NCBI GenBank assembly: GCA_964016885.1
Contig: OZ024746.1
Span: 71,858,001 to 71,922,000, forward strand
Length of the DNA: 64,000 nt
From: Eledone cirrhosa
Taxonomy: Eukaryota
Reading direction: 5' to 3'
Of the stretch, positions 44,755 to 58,282 are shown in pieces. Within the stretch, counting starts at the first letter, position 1, and each line of letters begins with the position of its first letter. The position numbers and the translations under genes were made by a program. Below the pieces are notes generated by a model. The model saw only the letters and a list, made by a program, of their open reading frames with translations, made no database searches and was not told the origin of the DNA.

Positions 44755-45213
44755 TGACACACACGCACACTAATTTGCCTGCCGCAATTTTCAATTTGTC
44801 AAGCTATTTAAACGTATGTTATTACTCTAAGGGCCTACCCTTATTGAGTGCTTTGCTACTCATTCCTAACTGTAGGTCGCTTTTGCTTGGCCGCAGTCAA
44901 AGCTTCGATTTTACTAAGCTTCCACTTGTATATAAATATATATATATATACCCCATTGGTCTGCATGCATGACAGTATATAAGCATATATATATATATAT
45001 TGCTTTATATCTGGAGATCTCTCTGCGCTTGTCGTCACATGGTACCATGGGCCCAGCACTATGTGTCAGTAATTGTCACAAGTGTAGTGTTTGTACCAGA
45101 GTTTTCAAGTCGCTGGCTAGACTAAAAAGTCGCACTCGTTCAGCGCATCGGTAGGGGTTCTTCTACATGGATATAAAGTAGTGGCCGTACTCGAAAACGA
45201 GTTGGCAGCCACC

Positions 45214-45263
<50 letters not shown>

Positions 45264-45452
45264 TTGTTATTTGTTTGACCCGAATTACTTGATCGTTTTT
45301 TTGGCTATGCGAACGATTGTTTAACCATCGTCTCAGTGTGTTGTGCCTTTAACGTTTGTTATAGCTCTGGTTCATCTGAATCATTGAGCACTTGCCACAC
45401 ATCTCGGAGGTTGTTTTTCATTATTTCGTGGGCCGAAATGCGATTCTCGATA

Positions 45453-45511
<59 letters not shown>

Positions 45512-46164
45512 CATGCATGCATAGATACGCATACAGACATGCATACGTGCTTACCTAAGCACACATACATACATGACGTGGCTTTTTAGTCCTGCTAGGG
45601 ACTTACCTATGACCAGCAATACCATGCATCGCAAAAGAATATCACATATCAAGCAATGACTGTGCTTGAAGCTTTTTCAAGTGAGGAAAGGCTTTGAACG
45701 AGGCCAATCCCACTCTCTCAACATCAAATACATAATATGATAGAGTACAGGTGAAATCCCTCTCAACTCTGAACAATATACCAGACATGATAATCAGTGA
45801 CAGTTAAGAGAACGTAAAATCGTAAAACGTAAAAATCGTAAAAACCAGTTGATACAATGTTTGTGGAGGCGGGTGACTTAGTGTTAAAGGCGTTCGGCTT
45901 ACGATCGAAGGCTCGTGAATTCGATTCCCGGCCGCATGTTGTGTTCATGAGCAAAAAGCTTAATTTCCCATATGACCAATACATTCCCAAATGTTTTGCA
46001 CCCGTAAATCATAATGCCCAACCTTGCCACATCATGTGTTACGCTGAATCTCTCTGAAAACTAAGTTAAAGGTGCCCAGCCTCTTGCACAGTAATGACAT
46101 GAGCAGACAGGAACACTCACCGTCAGAACCAACGCAGATCCAACACACTCACACGTACTATACG

Positions 46165-46211
<47 letters not shown>

Positions 46212-46472
46212 ATATAATGGAAAAATTTGAACAGGGACAAAACAGAGAGGCAGTACAATAAATGTTTATTAATTTCACGCTCAGGAGAGTGGGAGGTAGG
46301 TGGGGGACGACGTTTCGGGCATAAGCCCTTCCTCAGGTGAGAAGTGTGTGGGAACAGAGTTCAAAAGGTGTGTAGGGGAGTGGTGGAGAGACATATAGCG
46401 AAAGGAAACGGTGCGAATGAAAAAAAACAAATAAAGATAAAAAATAAAAATAAAGCATGATCAAAATACAAA

Positions 46473-46607
<135 letters not shown>

Positions 46608-46995
46608 CACTTTTCAATATGGTCTACCCTTCAAGGAGACGATCTGATCGAACCTATATATGATGTCTGATAGTATACAGTTATATAACTGCTATAGATC
46701 AGTCAATATGTCAATATGATCAACCCTCCGAAACGATCGTAAAACAATGCTATGAATAGGTAAAATAACTTGATCTTGTTATTATTTTTATTCTTAAATT
46801 AGTATCTAATATATATATATATATATAGTAATATAGTAATAGCAGGGACGAGATGTTAAAATATTATTAAGTTTATTCAGGTGTGACGCGCGTTTCGCGA
46901 TTGATAAGCTCAAGGTTCGATCTCTGTCGGTCGAGCCCGATCCAACTGTATATATATATATATACATATATACCTATATATACATATACATACAT

Positions 46996-47091
<96 letters not shown>

Positions 47092-47100
47092 TATATATAC

Positions 47101-47171
<71 letters not shown>

Positions 47172-47364
47172 GCTCCGAACTGATTCTTTGTAATTTTATT
47201 TTTTATTTTTTTATTTTATTTTCAACCTAAAACTTTCCGGACTTTCGCAGTTATCTCCATTACACCCCCCGCACGCAGTCTAGTATTGCCTGTGGGAAGT
47301 GACCGATTTTCTGCGCATGCGCGTTCGTACGGTTGTCCTTCCTGTTCCTATAACCATACACATC

Positions 47365-47404
47365 CCGAGCTGAAGATCCGCGAAGGTGAAACAATTGTTC
47401 TCGG
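47365..47404 (+). ncRNA. Compact minimal hammerhead ribozyme motif
   Basis: CCGAG-CTGAAGA-TCCGCGAAGGT-GAAA-CAATTG-TT-CTCGG. Stem I is extendable by ACCATA/TATGGT and stem III is the palindrome CAATTG. Confidence 0.8.
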
Positions 47405-47498
47405 TATGGTAAACTAACTGTTGTGTAACCACTTCTACCTAACTCGTCCCTTGGACTGAGTGCTCTACCACTACGGATATTACCTTCCAGTGTTCCAC

Positions 47499-47530
<32 letters not shown>

Positions 47531-47542
47531 TATGTGTGTGTA

Positions 47543-47631
<89 letters not shown>

Positions 47632-47636
<5 letters not shown>

Positions 47637-47835
47637 AACGAGTAGGATCCCGACGGCTGAGCTCAAGCCGTTTCGACGGCTAATTCTGGACTAAATTTAG
47701 TCCAGAATTAGCCGTCGAAACGGCTTGAGCTCAGCCGTCGGGGTCCTACTCGTTCCTATTACCCACTCTACTACCCTAAGTATTGAGTACTTTGGTGCGT
47801 TATGGTCCACCTGGTTCCTTACCACATTTCCTTCG

Positions 47836-47840
<5 letters not shown>
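47632..47840. repeat. Spacerless palindrome (64-bp arms) plus tail, between (TA)n tracts
   Basis: 47632-47695 versus 47696-47759 (centre CTAAA|TTTAG). The same family appears rearranged at 13303-13440 and partially at ~63158-63200. Confidence 0.88.
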
Positions 47841-47882
<42 letters not shown>

Positions 47883-48016
47883 GTAGATAAATCTACCAAG
47901 AGTTTACGGTAGTGTCCAATCCGTATGAAGAACTCAATGTAGTCCGGATATCATGGAAAGAAGAGATGCAATGAAAAATCACTTTCGGTGAAAGATAAAC
48001 GGAATACAGAGTCAAG

Positions 48017-48438
48017 ATAAAATATTAAAAAAATAATGAATAAAACAATGAAACAGTTCCTTATATTAAACAAAAAAAGTTCATTATTTAACGATCGTTT
48101 CTAGGATATATATGTGTTAGAATTGGCATGCATATTCAACAGATCTATGTACAAAATTATACAAAATTATACAAACTATCAAAATTAAATATACATACCA
48201 AACACATATATATGCCGTCTTCAGAAATTTCTGAAGACGGCATATATATGTGTTTGGTATGTATATTTAATTTTGATAGTTTGTATAATTTTGTATAATT
48301 TTGTACATAGATCTGTTGAATATGCATGCCAATTCTAACACATATATATCCTAGAAACGATCGTTAAATAATGAACTTTTTTTGTTTAATATAAGGAACT
48401 GTTTCATTGTTTTATTCATTATTTTTTTAATATTTTAT
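48017..48438. repeat. Spacerless palindrome with 211-bp arms
   Basis: Centre CAGAAA|TTTCTG at 48227/48228. The arms appear identical by eye. Followed by (TA)n. Confidence 0.93.
48227..48369 (+). ncRNA. Hammerhead ribozyme motif with a very long stem II
   Basis: ATTT-CTGAAGA-CGGCATATATATGTGTT...AACACATATATATCCTA-GAAA-CGATCG-TT-AAAT. A mirror copy lies on the minus strand in the left arm. Confidence 0.72.
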
Positions 48439-48727
48439 ATATATATATATATATAAAGGACACATCTATGATACTAAACCCGGACTACTAATTCATAAAA
48501 CAAATACGTCTGTCACTCCCAATTGTGTATGACAGTACAATTACTATCATCATCCCCACTACCACCTTCACATTCACCAGGACTACTACTACTGTTATCA
48601 TCACCGTCATGGTCTACACAACCGTTACCATCATCCCTATAAATACCACCACTAACACCACCATTTTTTAATATCATCGTCATCATTTCCATCATCATCA
48701 TCATCATCATCATCGTCATCATCATCG

Positions 48728-48763
<36 letters not shown>

Positions 48764-49702
48764 CAATTCCCACCACCACCACCACCACCACCACCACCAC
48801 AATCATTACAAGCACCACCATTGCTACCATCACCATCATAGCCACCACCACAATCATAGCTATTTCATCCATCATCACCAGCATCATAACCACCATCACT
48901 ACCACCACCACCACCACCACGATCATCCCTGTTCCCACTACCATCATCACCATCGTCATCACCATTATCCTAACCTTATCAACAATATTTGTCCTGTCAC
49001 TTCCCTGTATTTTCAGCACTAACCCCTCATTTACCAAACCCCTTTTACACCAACCTCCCATCCACTCACGGCCCCACACGCCACCCCACCACACACCACC
49101 GCATACATCACCCCACATACCACCCCCACCCCCACCCCACATACCACACCCCACACACATCTCCACACACACACACCCCACACACACACACACACACAGA
49201 CCACCCCACCCACATACCACACCACACATACCACTCCACATCTACCACTCCACACCCCACTCCACACACCACTCCATACACCACCCCACATACCATTCCA
49301 CATTCAACCTCACATAACCCATCCTTGCTTCTCCACCCCTCTTCCCTTCTACTTCATCCTCTTCATCATAATTATCCTCTTGTAACAATCATCATTACAC
49401 TGAATGATGGGAAAATATGATGTTGTTGCTGATGATGATGATGATCATCATCATCAACATCATAATCATGATAACTATCATCAGCTGATGTCGATGATAG
49501 TGTCTGTGATAATGATGATGATGATGACGATGGGATATATATATGAGTACGTGTGTGTGCAAGTACGTTTTTGTATATATGTGAATATGTATGTATATGT
49601 ATATATACATATGTGTGCGTGTGTGTGTGTTGTACAATGAAAATAAAAGTCGAAAATAGATTCAGTTTTACGATCGTTTCAGAGGGTTGATTGACAATAT
49701 AG

Positions 49703-49795
<93 letters not shown>

Positions 49796-49796
49796 T

Positions 49797-49855
<59 letters not shown>

Positions 49856-49960
49856 TATTTCTGCTCTGTTTATACGCATAGAGCTTAACTAGCTACCGTC
49901 ACATATTTGGTAGGTCAGACGTGATCATCGCGATTCACATACGACCTACCATACATCTTG

Positions 49961-50034
<74 letters not shown>

Positions 50035-50229
50035 TGTATGTATGTATTCTATTTTGTTTAATCTGAATCAAATGTTTAATATGTTCATTATATAAAGACC
50101 TTTAACCCTCCCTCAGCAATCAAAACATCAAATGTAACGTTGCTCTTCCCGTATGTTTGTATGTGCAAAAGACATTGTAGCTATTAAATAAACTATTGTT
50201 ATTTTTGTATACAGAAATCGTTTTTCCAT

Positions 50230-50590
50230 TCAAATCCCGCCGAGTTTAGCTTTGCCTTTCATTCTTAAGGGGTCGATAAATTAAAGTACCAGTAATGCAC
50301 TAGTGTTGATTTAATCCCCTTTTCTTCAAAGTGTTAGCCTTTTGCCTACAGTAGAAAAAATTATTATTATTATCATTATTAGTTAGGGCAGTGGATTGGC
50401 AGTATCGATAGAGCGTCGGGTACCATGCGTCGTGGCCCTTTACGTCTTGAGTTAAAATCCCGTCAAGGTTAACTTTGCCTTTAATCCTTACGAGGTCGAT
50501 AAAATAAAGTACCAATAATACACAGGGGTCGATTTAATCGATATTCCCCGCCCCCAAAATTGCTGGCCTTGTGCCTATAACAGAAATCAT
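50230..50590 (+). mobile_element. Two tRNA-derived SINE copies (MetaSINE-like)
   Basis: Matches the 6012 family. The second copy retains an extra GGGGTCGATTTAATCGA...CCCCCAAAATTGCTGG segment. Confidence 0.78.
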
Positions 50591-50902
50591 TGGTGCTGAT
50601 GCTGGTGGTGGTGGTGTTGGTGCTGGTGGTAGTGGTGGTGGTGCTGGTGGTAGTGGTGGTGGTGGTGTTGGTGGTCGTGGTGGTGGTGGTGGTGGTGTTG
50701 GTGGTCGTGATGGTGTTGATGGTGGTGGTGGTGGTGGTGGTGGTGGTGTTGGTGGTCGTGATGGTGGTGGTGGTGGTGGTGGTGGTGGTGGTGGTGGTGG
50801 TGGTGTTGGTGGTCGTGATGGTGGTGGTAAGGGCATAAAAGTCGAAAGGAAATATGGGTTTTCTAGGTCATTCTTTGACATCCGAACAAAATTGAGATGT
50901 TT

Positions 50903-50960
<58 letters not shown>

Positions 50961-51763
50961 GCAACGTTGATAACAGACTGGAGTGAGGAGGTGCTTTAGG
51001 AAGTGATACGTGGGCCGGAGGTGGCGGTGACGGTGGCGGTGTCGGTTGAGTGTGGGGCATGGACAGTTTGGGATGATAGAACACATCAGTTGTCAAAGTG
51101 AGATACTGTGGAGGGGAAATGGAAGTTTTATTTGTGGAAGGTCATAAGTGTCAGAATCTTTTTCTAAAACAAAAACGTTCATTTTCTGTTTCATAATATA
51201 GTCGTGAGCTAGGATCAACTTGATCGAGTTTCTTCTGCCTAAAAATTGCGGCTTTGTTCCTAAAATATCATACGCCGCCAGGAATTAGGAATTCGGGTCA
51301 AAATGAAAGAGAATGGCGCAATCAAGTAAGGAATATCTGTCATGTATAAGGACATCTACTAGAGTTGTCGATCCAAGGGTCCAAGGAACATAGTTTGAAC
51401 ACATAAGAGGGCATCTTGGAGCCGATCATTAAAATAGTACCAAGATCAGAGATATAATATATTGTAAAAGATCTAACTATAAAACAAAATCTTTGAGAAC
51501 ATGGCGGTTACGAAAGATTCAACAACATGGCCTCCTAGCTGCTTTACAGTTTCCCTTGACTCCAGTTTTTTTTCGTTATTTTTATGCCTATTTTGCCTTC
51601 TGTTGGCCTTCCCTATTTAATTATTTTATTTTAATCTTTATTTATAATTTTATATTCACTTATCTTTATATATCTTGTTCATTTTGTTTCTCAACTGTAA
51701 AAAGTACTAGATACTTCCCTAGTCAGTCATGGCTTACTAGCTCTATACGGACGTTTAAATTGA

Positions 51764-51795
<32 letters not shown>

Positions 51796-52013
51796 GGCGG
51801 CTACACACTGAGCACAGACATTAGAACGTCTGCTAGAATGCCTTGCAATATTGGTTCCTGTTATCTGCACCCCGAGTTCAAACCCCGCTGTGGTGAATTT
51901 TGTCTTTCTTCATCCTTTCAAAGTTGATAAATAAAATAGCAGTCTAGTACTTGATTAAATTCCTTCTCTATATCCCTTTCTCACTTTCTCTCACCCTATC
52001 TATCTCTCCTATT

Positions 52014-52064
<51 letters not shown>

Positions 52065-52069
52065 ACTCT

Positions 52070-52142
<73 letters not shown>

Positions 52143-52619
52143 CGGAATTTTGGTGAGTTCAAACTTAAAAAGTCCAAAGACAAGCTTTACGTCATGCCAT
52201 CGTAATAACAATTACCTCGCCTTTAGTTGAGTACATCAAATGTTGGCTTTGTGTATATATACAGGGGCGGTGGAACTGGGGGAGGGGGAATAACCAAACT
52301 ACCAAAACACATATATTTGTATATGCGTTACAATTTATGTACATGTTATGTTTATCGCATATCGCATATCGAAGTTTTTTTATATCTTGGTTGATATTTG
52401 ATAATATATTATGTTAACCTTCATAGTAAATTTTTTTGTCATGTCATAACTTTTTTCCCCACATATCACTATTTTCCAATTGCTAGTATGTGTATTCAGA
52501 GACAGATTTCATAGGTCATTTTGTTATAATCACTTTATAATTATTAAAAGCTGTAAATGTAATATGACCTGCTTGGACTCAAATTGCATTTTCTGATCAT
52601 TTTAGAGTGCAAAGAGCTA

Positions 52620-52850
52620 AAGAGTTTAGTGTTAATTGATATATAGAGGGGGATTGAAAGAGAGTACCGTGTAGTAGATATAGAGAGGGGGAGAGTATAG
52701 TGGTAACTGATATAGAGAGGAGTATTGAAAAAGAGTGTTATATGATAGATATAGTGAGGGGGGGGTGTTAATTGATATAGAGAGGGGTATTGGACGAGAT
52801 TTTCTTGTAGTAGATATAGAGAGGGGGAGAGTTTGGTGTAAATTGATATA
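52620..52850. repeat. Short degenerate tandem repeat (GTxAATTGATATAGAGAGGGG-like units)
   Basis: About 6 imperfect units; this is the insertion site of the Tx1 element. Confidence 0.7.
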
Positions 52851-53091
52851 AATTTCTATTTATTTGCCACCAGGGCATCAAAGATTGGGACAAATACAAA
52901 GGGGGGAGTTTACATACATTTAAAAAGACGTGTAAAAAACATATAACAAATTAAATTTAACAATCGATGTCCTCAATAGGGAGGGGCGTTGACATGGGTC
53001 GCGCACACCCCCGAAAAAATGTGCAACCCTCCTCTTCAGGAGCACAAAGAGCGGGTGCTTCCTTCCTCTTCTCATTCTTCTCCTCTCTCAC

Positions 53092-56000
53092 CTACAGGCT
53101 TATATAGAGAGAGGGCCCATCCACTCGTGCCATTCTCGCTACTTTCACCCACCTTTCATAAAACTTGCTGGGGTAGAGCACCTCTCTCTCCATTCTGATC
53201 CTTCTTCTAAAGTGGTACTTGAAAAAAAAGACCAGTTGTTGGCCGGAGAGAAAGGTGTCTGACCTACGCCCTTTCAACCGTGTCCACCATACAACTTCTT
53301 TCGTCATAGCTATCACACATAGGAAAACCGCCTCTCCTTCGTTTTTGAAAGGGGGAGGCGGTTTGATCGTGACAATGTTCTCGGTGGTCAACCGGATTGG
53401 TCCCACCCGCGACAGTAGTCGTTCCACATAGTCCCACAGGTCAGCAACGCCCGAATGCGTGTGCGACGGTTTCCTCGTCATGCACGCATCTCGGACAGAT
53501 CCTCTTCGAGGGGGTCCCTACCCGGGCGTCCATGTCTGTAGAGCTTGTTCCGAACGTGTAGAGCTCCTCGGTAACATTGCCAAGCCAGGGACTTTTGGAA
53601 GTTGTCCATCGGTCCCGGGCCAAACGTCCTACCGAACAGACTGGCCAGCTCATCTTCCTCCATGCCCAGAGCCTCTCCGAGAGCGTCGTCGCACTTAGTG
53701 CGCACCAACCCTCTATAGAATGTTGAGGTTGAGTCTCCACTGATTGCCAGATCCGTTTGCCAGAGAGCCATGAGCGCCTGGGCACATTCAATGTGCCAGT
53801 CGCCCACTTTTCTCGGTCTTTGCTTGACCCAGGATTGCAGCTCGGTGAGTGAGACGAGTCTCGGAAAGGCTCGCCTCACAAACAGGGCCCACACCGGCTG
53901 ACCGGTGAGGAATACCTGGAGGTGCCGTAGCCTTAATGCATGTCTACGCATCGTCAGCCACGGCATCCCTAGCCCTCCGTTTGAAGGGTGTTGACAGCAG
54001 ATGGATCTTCTCACCAAAGGAGCCCGCTTCTTCCAAAGAAATTGGAAGAGCGCGCGCTCCATTTTGGCGAGTGTTTTCTCTGGGCAAGGCACGACGGTCA
54101 AGCGGTAGTAGATGACGGACGCTATATAAGCGTTCGCCACCTCCGCTCGACCTTTCAGGGATAGTTTGCACTCGGCCCACTTCTGAGCAAGTGCAGACAC
54201 CTTGCCCTTTCCCTCGTCCCAGTTTTTCTCCACCTGGAGGTCCGGTCCGAACCAGACCCCGAGCGGCTTCACCGGTCCCTCCGTCCAGCGTCCGACGATG
54301 CCGTCGGAGGGCATCGTTTTTCCCCTCCACGTCCCGAGTTGCAAACCGACGGACTTGTCCCGGTTCAGCTTGGCTCCTGTGAACCTTTCATATTCCTCCA
54401 GTAAGGTGCTGATCTGCCCGATTTCGGAGGCGCACGACACCATTACTGTCACGTCATCGGCGTAGGCCGACACCGCTTTCCGCAATCCCGGTTCCAAGGG
54501 GATGCCCTGCAAAAGCTCCAGCTTCCGCAATAGTGGCTCAAGAGCCAGCACATACAGGAGGGAGGAGAGAGGGCATCCCTGTCGGATGGATCGCGTGATT
54601 TGGAACGGCTCCGAGAGGTAGCCGTTCACCTTGACCCTCGAGCAGGTGTTGCTGCTGTGCATTGCAGCAATCCAGCCCCTGAAAACGGGTCCGAAGCCTG
54701 CCGCCGCGAGCACCGCATCCAGGTACCGATGGTCAACCCTATCGAACGCTTTAGATTGATCCAAGTTGATCAGGGCTCCACCAAAGCCGGGTTTGGTCCG
54801 TACCCTCTCTACGATGTATCGCATGAGGTGGAGGTTCTCGTGCATGGACCTGGACGGGATTGCGCATTTCTGTGCTTCTCCCACCAGGTTCCCGACGACA
54901 AGCGCCAACCTCTTCGCTAACACTTTGGCCAAAATCTTTAACTCTGTGTTTAGCAGAGTTATGGGCCTGAAGTTATCTATGTCATCCCCTTGTTCTCGTC
55001 ATTCCTCACCAGCGTGACTACGCCCTTGGTCACAGAACTGGGAATTCTCCCGTTCTGTTGCCAGTTGCAGTAGACCGCCTCGAGGAGACCGGAGAACAAG
55101 CCCGGCATCGCTACATAAAGTTCGTATGGTAGACCATCGAGACCCGGAGATTTGCGTTTGCCGCATTGGCTCAGCGCTTCCCCTATTTCAGCGGCTGAAA
55201 TCGGCCTCTCGCAGGACTTCGCCTCCCCGTCCGAGAGCCGCGCCAGACCGTTGAGGTATGGGCCGAAATCCATGGCCCCACCCGGCCCACCGCCCCTCCC
55301 GAACAATCGTGCAAAGCGCTGTTGAAAGGCCGCGCTCATCCGCTCAGGTTCAAGGATCACGCGTCCATCCTGGTCCTTCAAAGACCGAATCGTGGACTTG
55401 TTTCCACTTTTTGCCTCTGTCACTCGGGCCCAGCTAACAGCTTTGGCTCCCTCGTTACCCAGAGCGCATATTTTACTCCTGACAACGCAGCCCTCGTGCT
55501 TCGCATCAAAGAACTGGTCTAGGGCCGTTCTTGACGCCAGCACGCCGGCCACGTTGCCACTCCTAATCGCCTCTTCTACTCTATTTATTAATTCCCTTTC
55601 AGTTCTATTCCTATCTGATGCTAATTCCCGACTAAAACCTATCGATTCTATTCTAATTTCTCTCTTGAGAGAGCCCCACCACCTGCTGTTGACAATTGCC
55701 CCCGTCAAACGCTGCTTAACTAGTGTGCTAATCCGCTTACTGTAAGCTTTGTTTGTCGGTAAAGACAAGTTTATCTTCCAGTAACCGGGTCCCTGTCTAT
55801 GAGTTCTATCAAGGTTGACCACTCCGGTCACCAAGTTGTGATCCGAATAGTCAACCATGAACATTCGTGGACAGCTTAATATGTCCCTATCCTTATTTCT
55901 AACTAGGAACTATCTAGGTACGACCTAGATGTTCCGCTACGATTAGTCCACGTCCACAGTGGCACAGTCGGAAAATCTAGTCGATATCTATCGGCCAGAT

Positions 56001-56516
56001 CAAATCGGCCGATTAATCGTTTGAGGCTGTTACACCCCCCTCTATCTGGACATGCCCCTACATAGTCCCAACGTGCATCCAGGATACCATTCCAGTCCCC
56101 CACTAAAAGCAAGGAGCGAGACGTTCCCAGGAAATTCTCCAGGCGTCGGAAGAAGTCCGGTAGCAGTGTCCCAGATGGGGCAACGCTGCCACCAGCCTGA
56201 AAGCTCCACCTTCACTACTGCCGACGTCTAAAACCACCAGTCGACCCTTCGGGTCCAGGTGTACCTTCTGTGTGGCAAGACCCAGGTATTTTCGCAGCAG
56301 AACGACAACCCCACCCCCACCCCTCGGCTGACAGAGAGATGCGTAGATCTCAAAGTCGTCGAAGATGGAGGCCAGTTGGCGCTCGCTGCTGATCCTGGAC
56401 TCGCAAATAACCATTACATCCACTCTGTGCGACCTGAGGTCATTTAAGAGTTTGCCCTGTTTCCAGGACATCACCAGGCCGCGTGCATTCACACATCCAA
56501 CTCTTATATTGGCCAT
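53092..56516 (-). pseudogene. Tx1 ORF2: apurinic endonuclease + reverse transcriptase + CCHC finger, broken by frameshifts
   Basis: MANIRVGCVNARGL...ICES (APE), LLVGDWN, SYLD, SDH, GYWKIN, KSPGLDGLPYELY, LDQSKAFDRVDH, IRQGCPLSSLLY, AYADD, GGLGMP and CPRC...ETVAH, spread across about 6 ORF pieces. Confidence 0.93.
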
Positions 56517-56519
56517 GTT

Positions 56520-58282
56520 GGTACTGAAGAGTTAAAAAGGAAGAGGAAAGAAAATTACTTACCTCTTCGTCTCCTGGGGACCAGGCTGCACAATTTCCAT
56601 GGGGGGTGTTGGAAGGGTTGTTTGGTGGGGTGGTGGTTTGTGGTGGGGTGAGGACATCAGTGTGTGGTGGGATTAGGGTGTTTGGTGGGGTGTGGGTGTC
56701 TGATGTGGGGGTGGGGAAACATCTCAATAGGACGTGGTTAAGTAGTTTGGTGCAGTTGGTCCCCACATGCATTGGATGGTTCTTTTTCAAAGTTACATAG
56801 GTTTCCGTTGGGACCCTAATCATCATTAGGTGCAGTTTGTTCGCTGCGTAGGTGAAAGTGATCCCTTCGGTTTCCACTGAAGGGTTATTTTCTATTGCTT
56901 TCATCAAAGTTTTATTGTTCTTGTTAATGTATGTATAGAGTTTTTGTTGTGTTATGTTTGTTTTTGTTTGTTGTTCTTGTGCGTGTTTGCGTTTTATAGT
57001 ATGTGTTATGTTTTGGGGAGGGGTGGGGTTTTTTTGTTTGTTCTGTTTGTTCTGTTTGTGCTGGTGGTTGTGTGTTTGTAGCATTTTTGTTAATCTGGTG
57101 CCTTTTTTTTCTCTTTTCACCTGTTGAAAGGGTTCTCCCTCGTCGTGGTTGGGTGGAACAGTGTTTTGTGTTGTTATTTTTCCGTGTTGTTGTGGTTGTT
57201 GTTGTTGTTGTGGTGGTGGTGGTGGTGGTGGTGGTGGTGGTGGTGGTGGTGGTGGTGGTTGTGTTGTTGTGTTCGGGGTTGGCAGAAGAGCTTTTTTTTT
57301 TACTCGTTAATTGAGGACAGGCAGCCCTCAGGTGACCCCTGCTTAAGCAGTGGTAACATGACGGCCGCCTTCCCTCCACTGAAATGTTTATATAAGTTAG
57401 CCCGTCCAGAGGCACGCGTTGTGGGATATTCGCTATACGTTCTGGGCTCATTTGCACCAGAACTTCTACGCTGGTCCCACCAAATACACCTCCGGAGGAC
57501 TTTCCTATTGAAATTATCTTGTCTTCATCAAAGTCAATGATTCCATATAGTATCCACCAAATATTTACATTTGGTGTGATACTCATTATTTTTATTCTTT
57601 ATGTCCTTTTTCCCCTGTGTGTGGGCAAAAAGGTGAAGCGGGGGGACACAATGGGTGATACCGAGTATTTTTGTGCTGTTGACTGGTTGTTCATTAGCAC
57701 CGAAATGCTACCAAACAGTTTACCTTTTTGTATGAAGGTTATGTCCTTCATTGCATCTTTTAGAACCAGCTCAATTTCATTTTGTGATAATTGAGCTGGT
57801 TTTCTTGTTTCGTTTGATATTGTCCTGAAAACCACAGTTTTCAGGACAGCCTCTCTACGTAATTCCTGTGGAGAATTGATGCTAAAAGCACCGTTTTCGC
57901 CAAAAGTTACGAATTGTTTTGCGTCTTGTAGTAGTTGTTTAGCATTTGTTATGTCAATTGGCGTGTATAGTTCGGTTTTTTTTACAGTCTGTGCGAAGGT
58001 TGTTTTGGTGTTGTCTTTTTTGTTGCTGCTGTTGGTAATATTGTTCATGTTTTCCTTGGTGTTGCTATCGTTGCAGTTGTTGGTTGTGTTGTTATTGTCA
58101 TTGTTCTTGTTGTTGGTGCTGGTATTATTTACCGGGTTTGGTTTCGTGGTTTCAATATTTTCAACGTTTTTCGATAATGCGAGGGGGGAAGGCTGCAAGC
58201 TTTGTACTCCTACCTTCCCTCCACCACTTTTCTTAGTGGGCGTGGCACTCACGACAGTGTGCGAGGTTGAAATGGCATCCAT
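56520..58282 (-). pseudogene. Tx1 ORF1 (gag-like nucleic-acid-binding protein), frameshifted
   Basis: ORFs 57599-58282, 56924-57586 and 56440-57120 are collinear. CCHC knuckle CYHCLSRGHLRAAC is preceded by INISVEGRRP, and the region has N/T-rich low-complexity segments. Confidence 0.85.

Noticed and set aside
50534-50999. Gly-rich or Pro-rich protein ORFs
   Set aside because: (GGT)n microsatellite following a SINE tail.
53478-54932. Intact or domesticated reverse transcriptase gene
   Set aside because: It is one piece of a Tx1 ORF2 with frameshifts on both sides.
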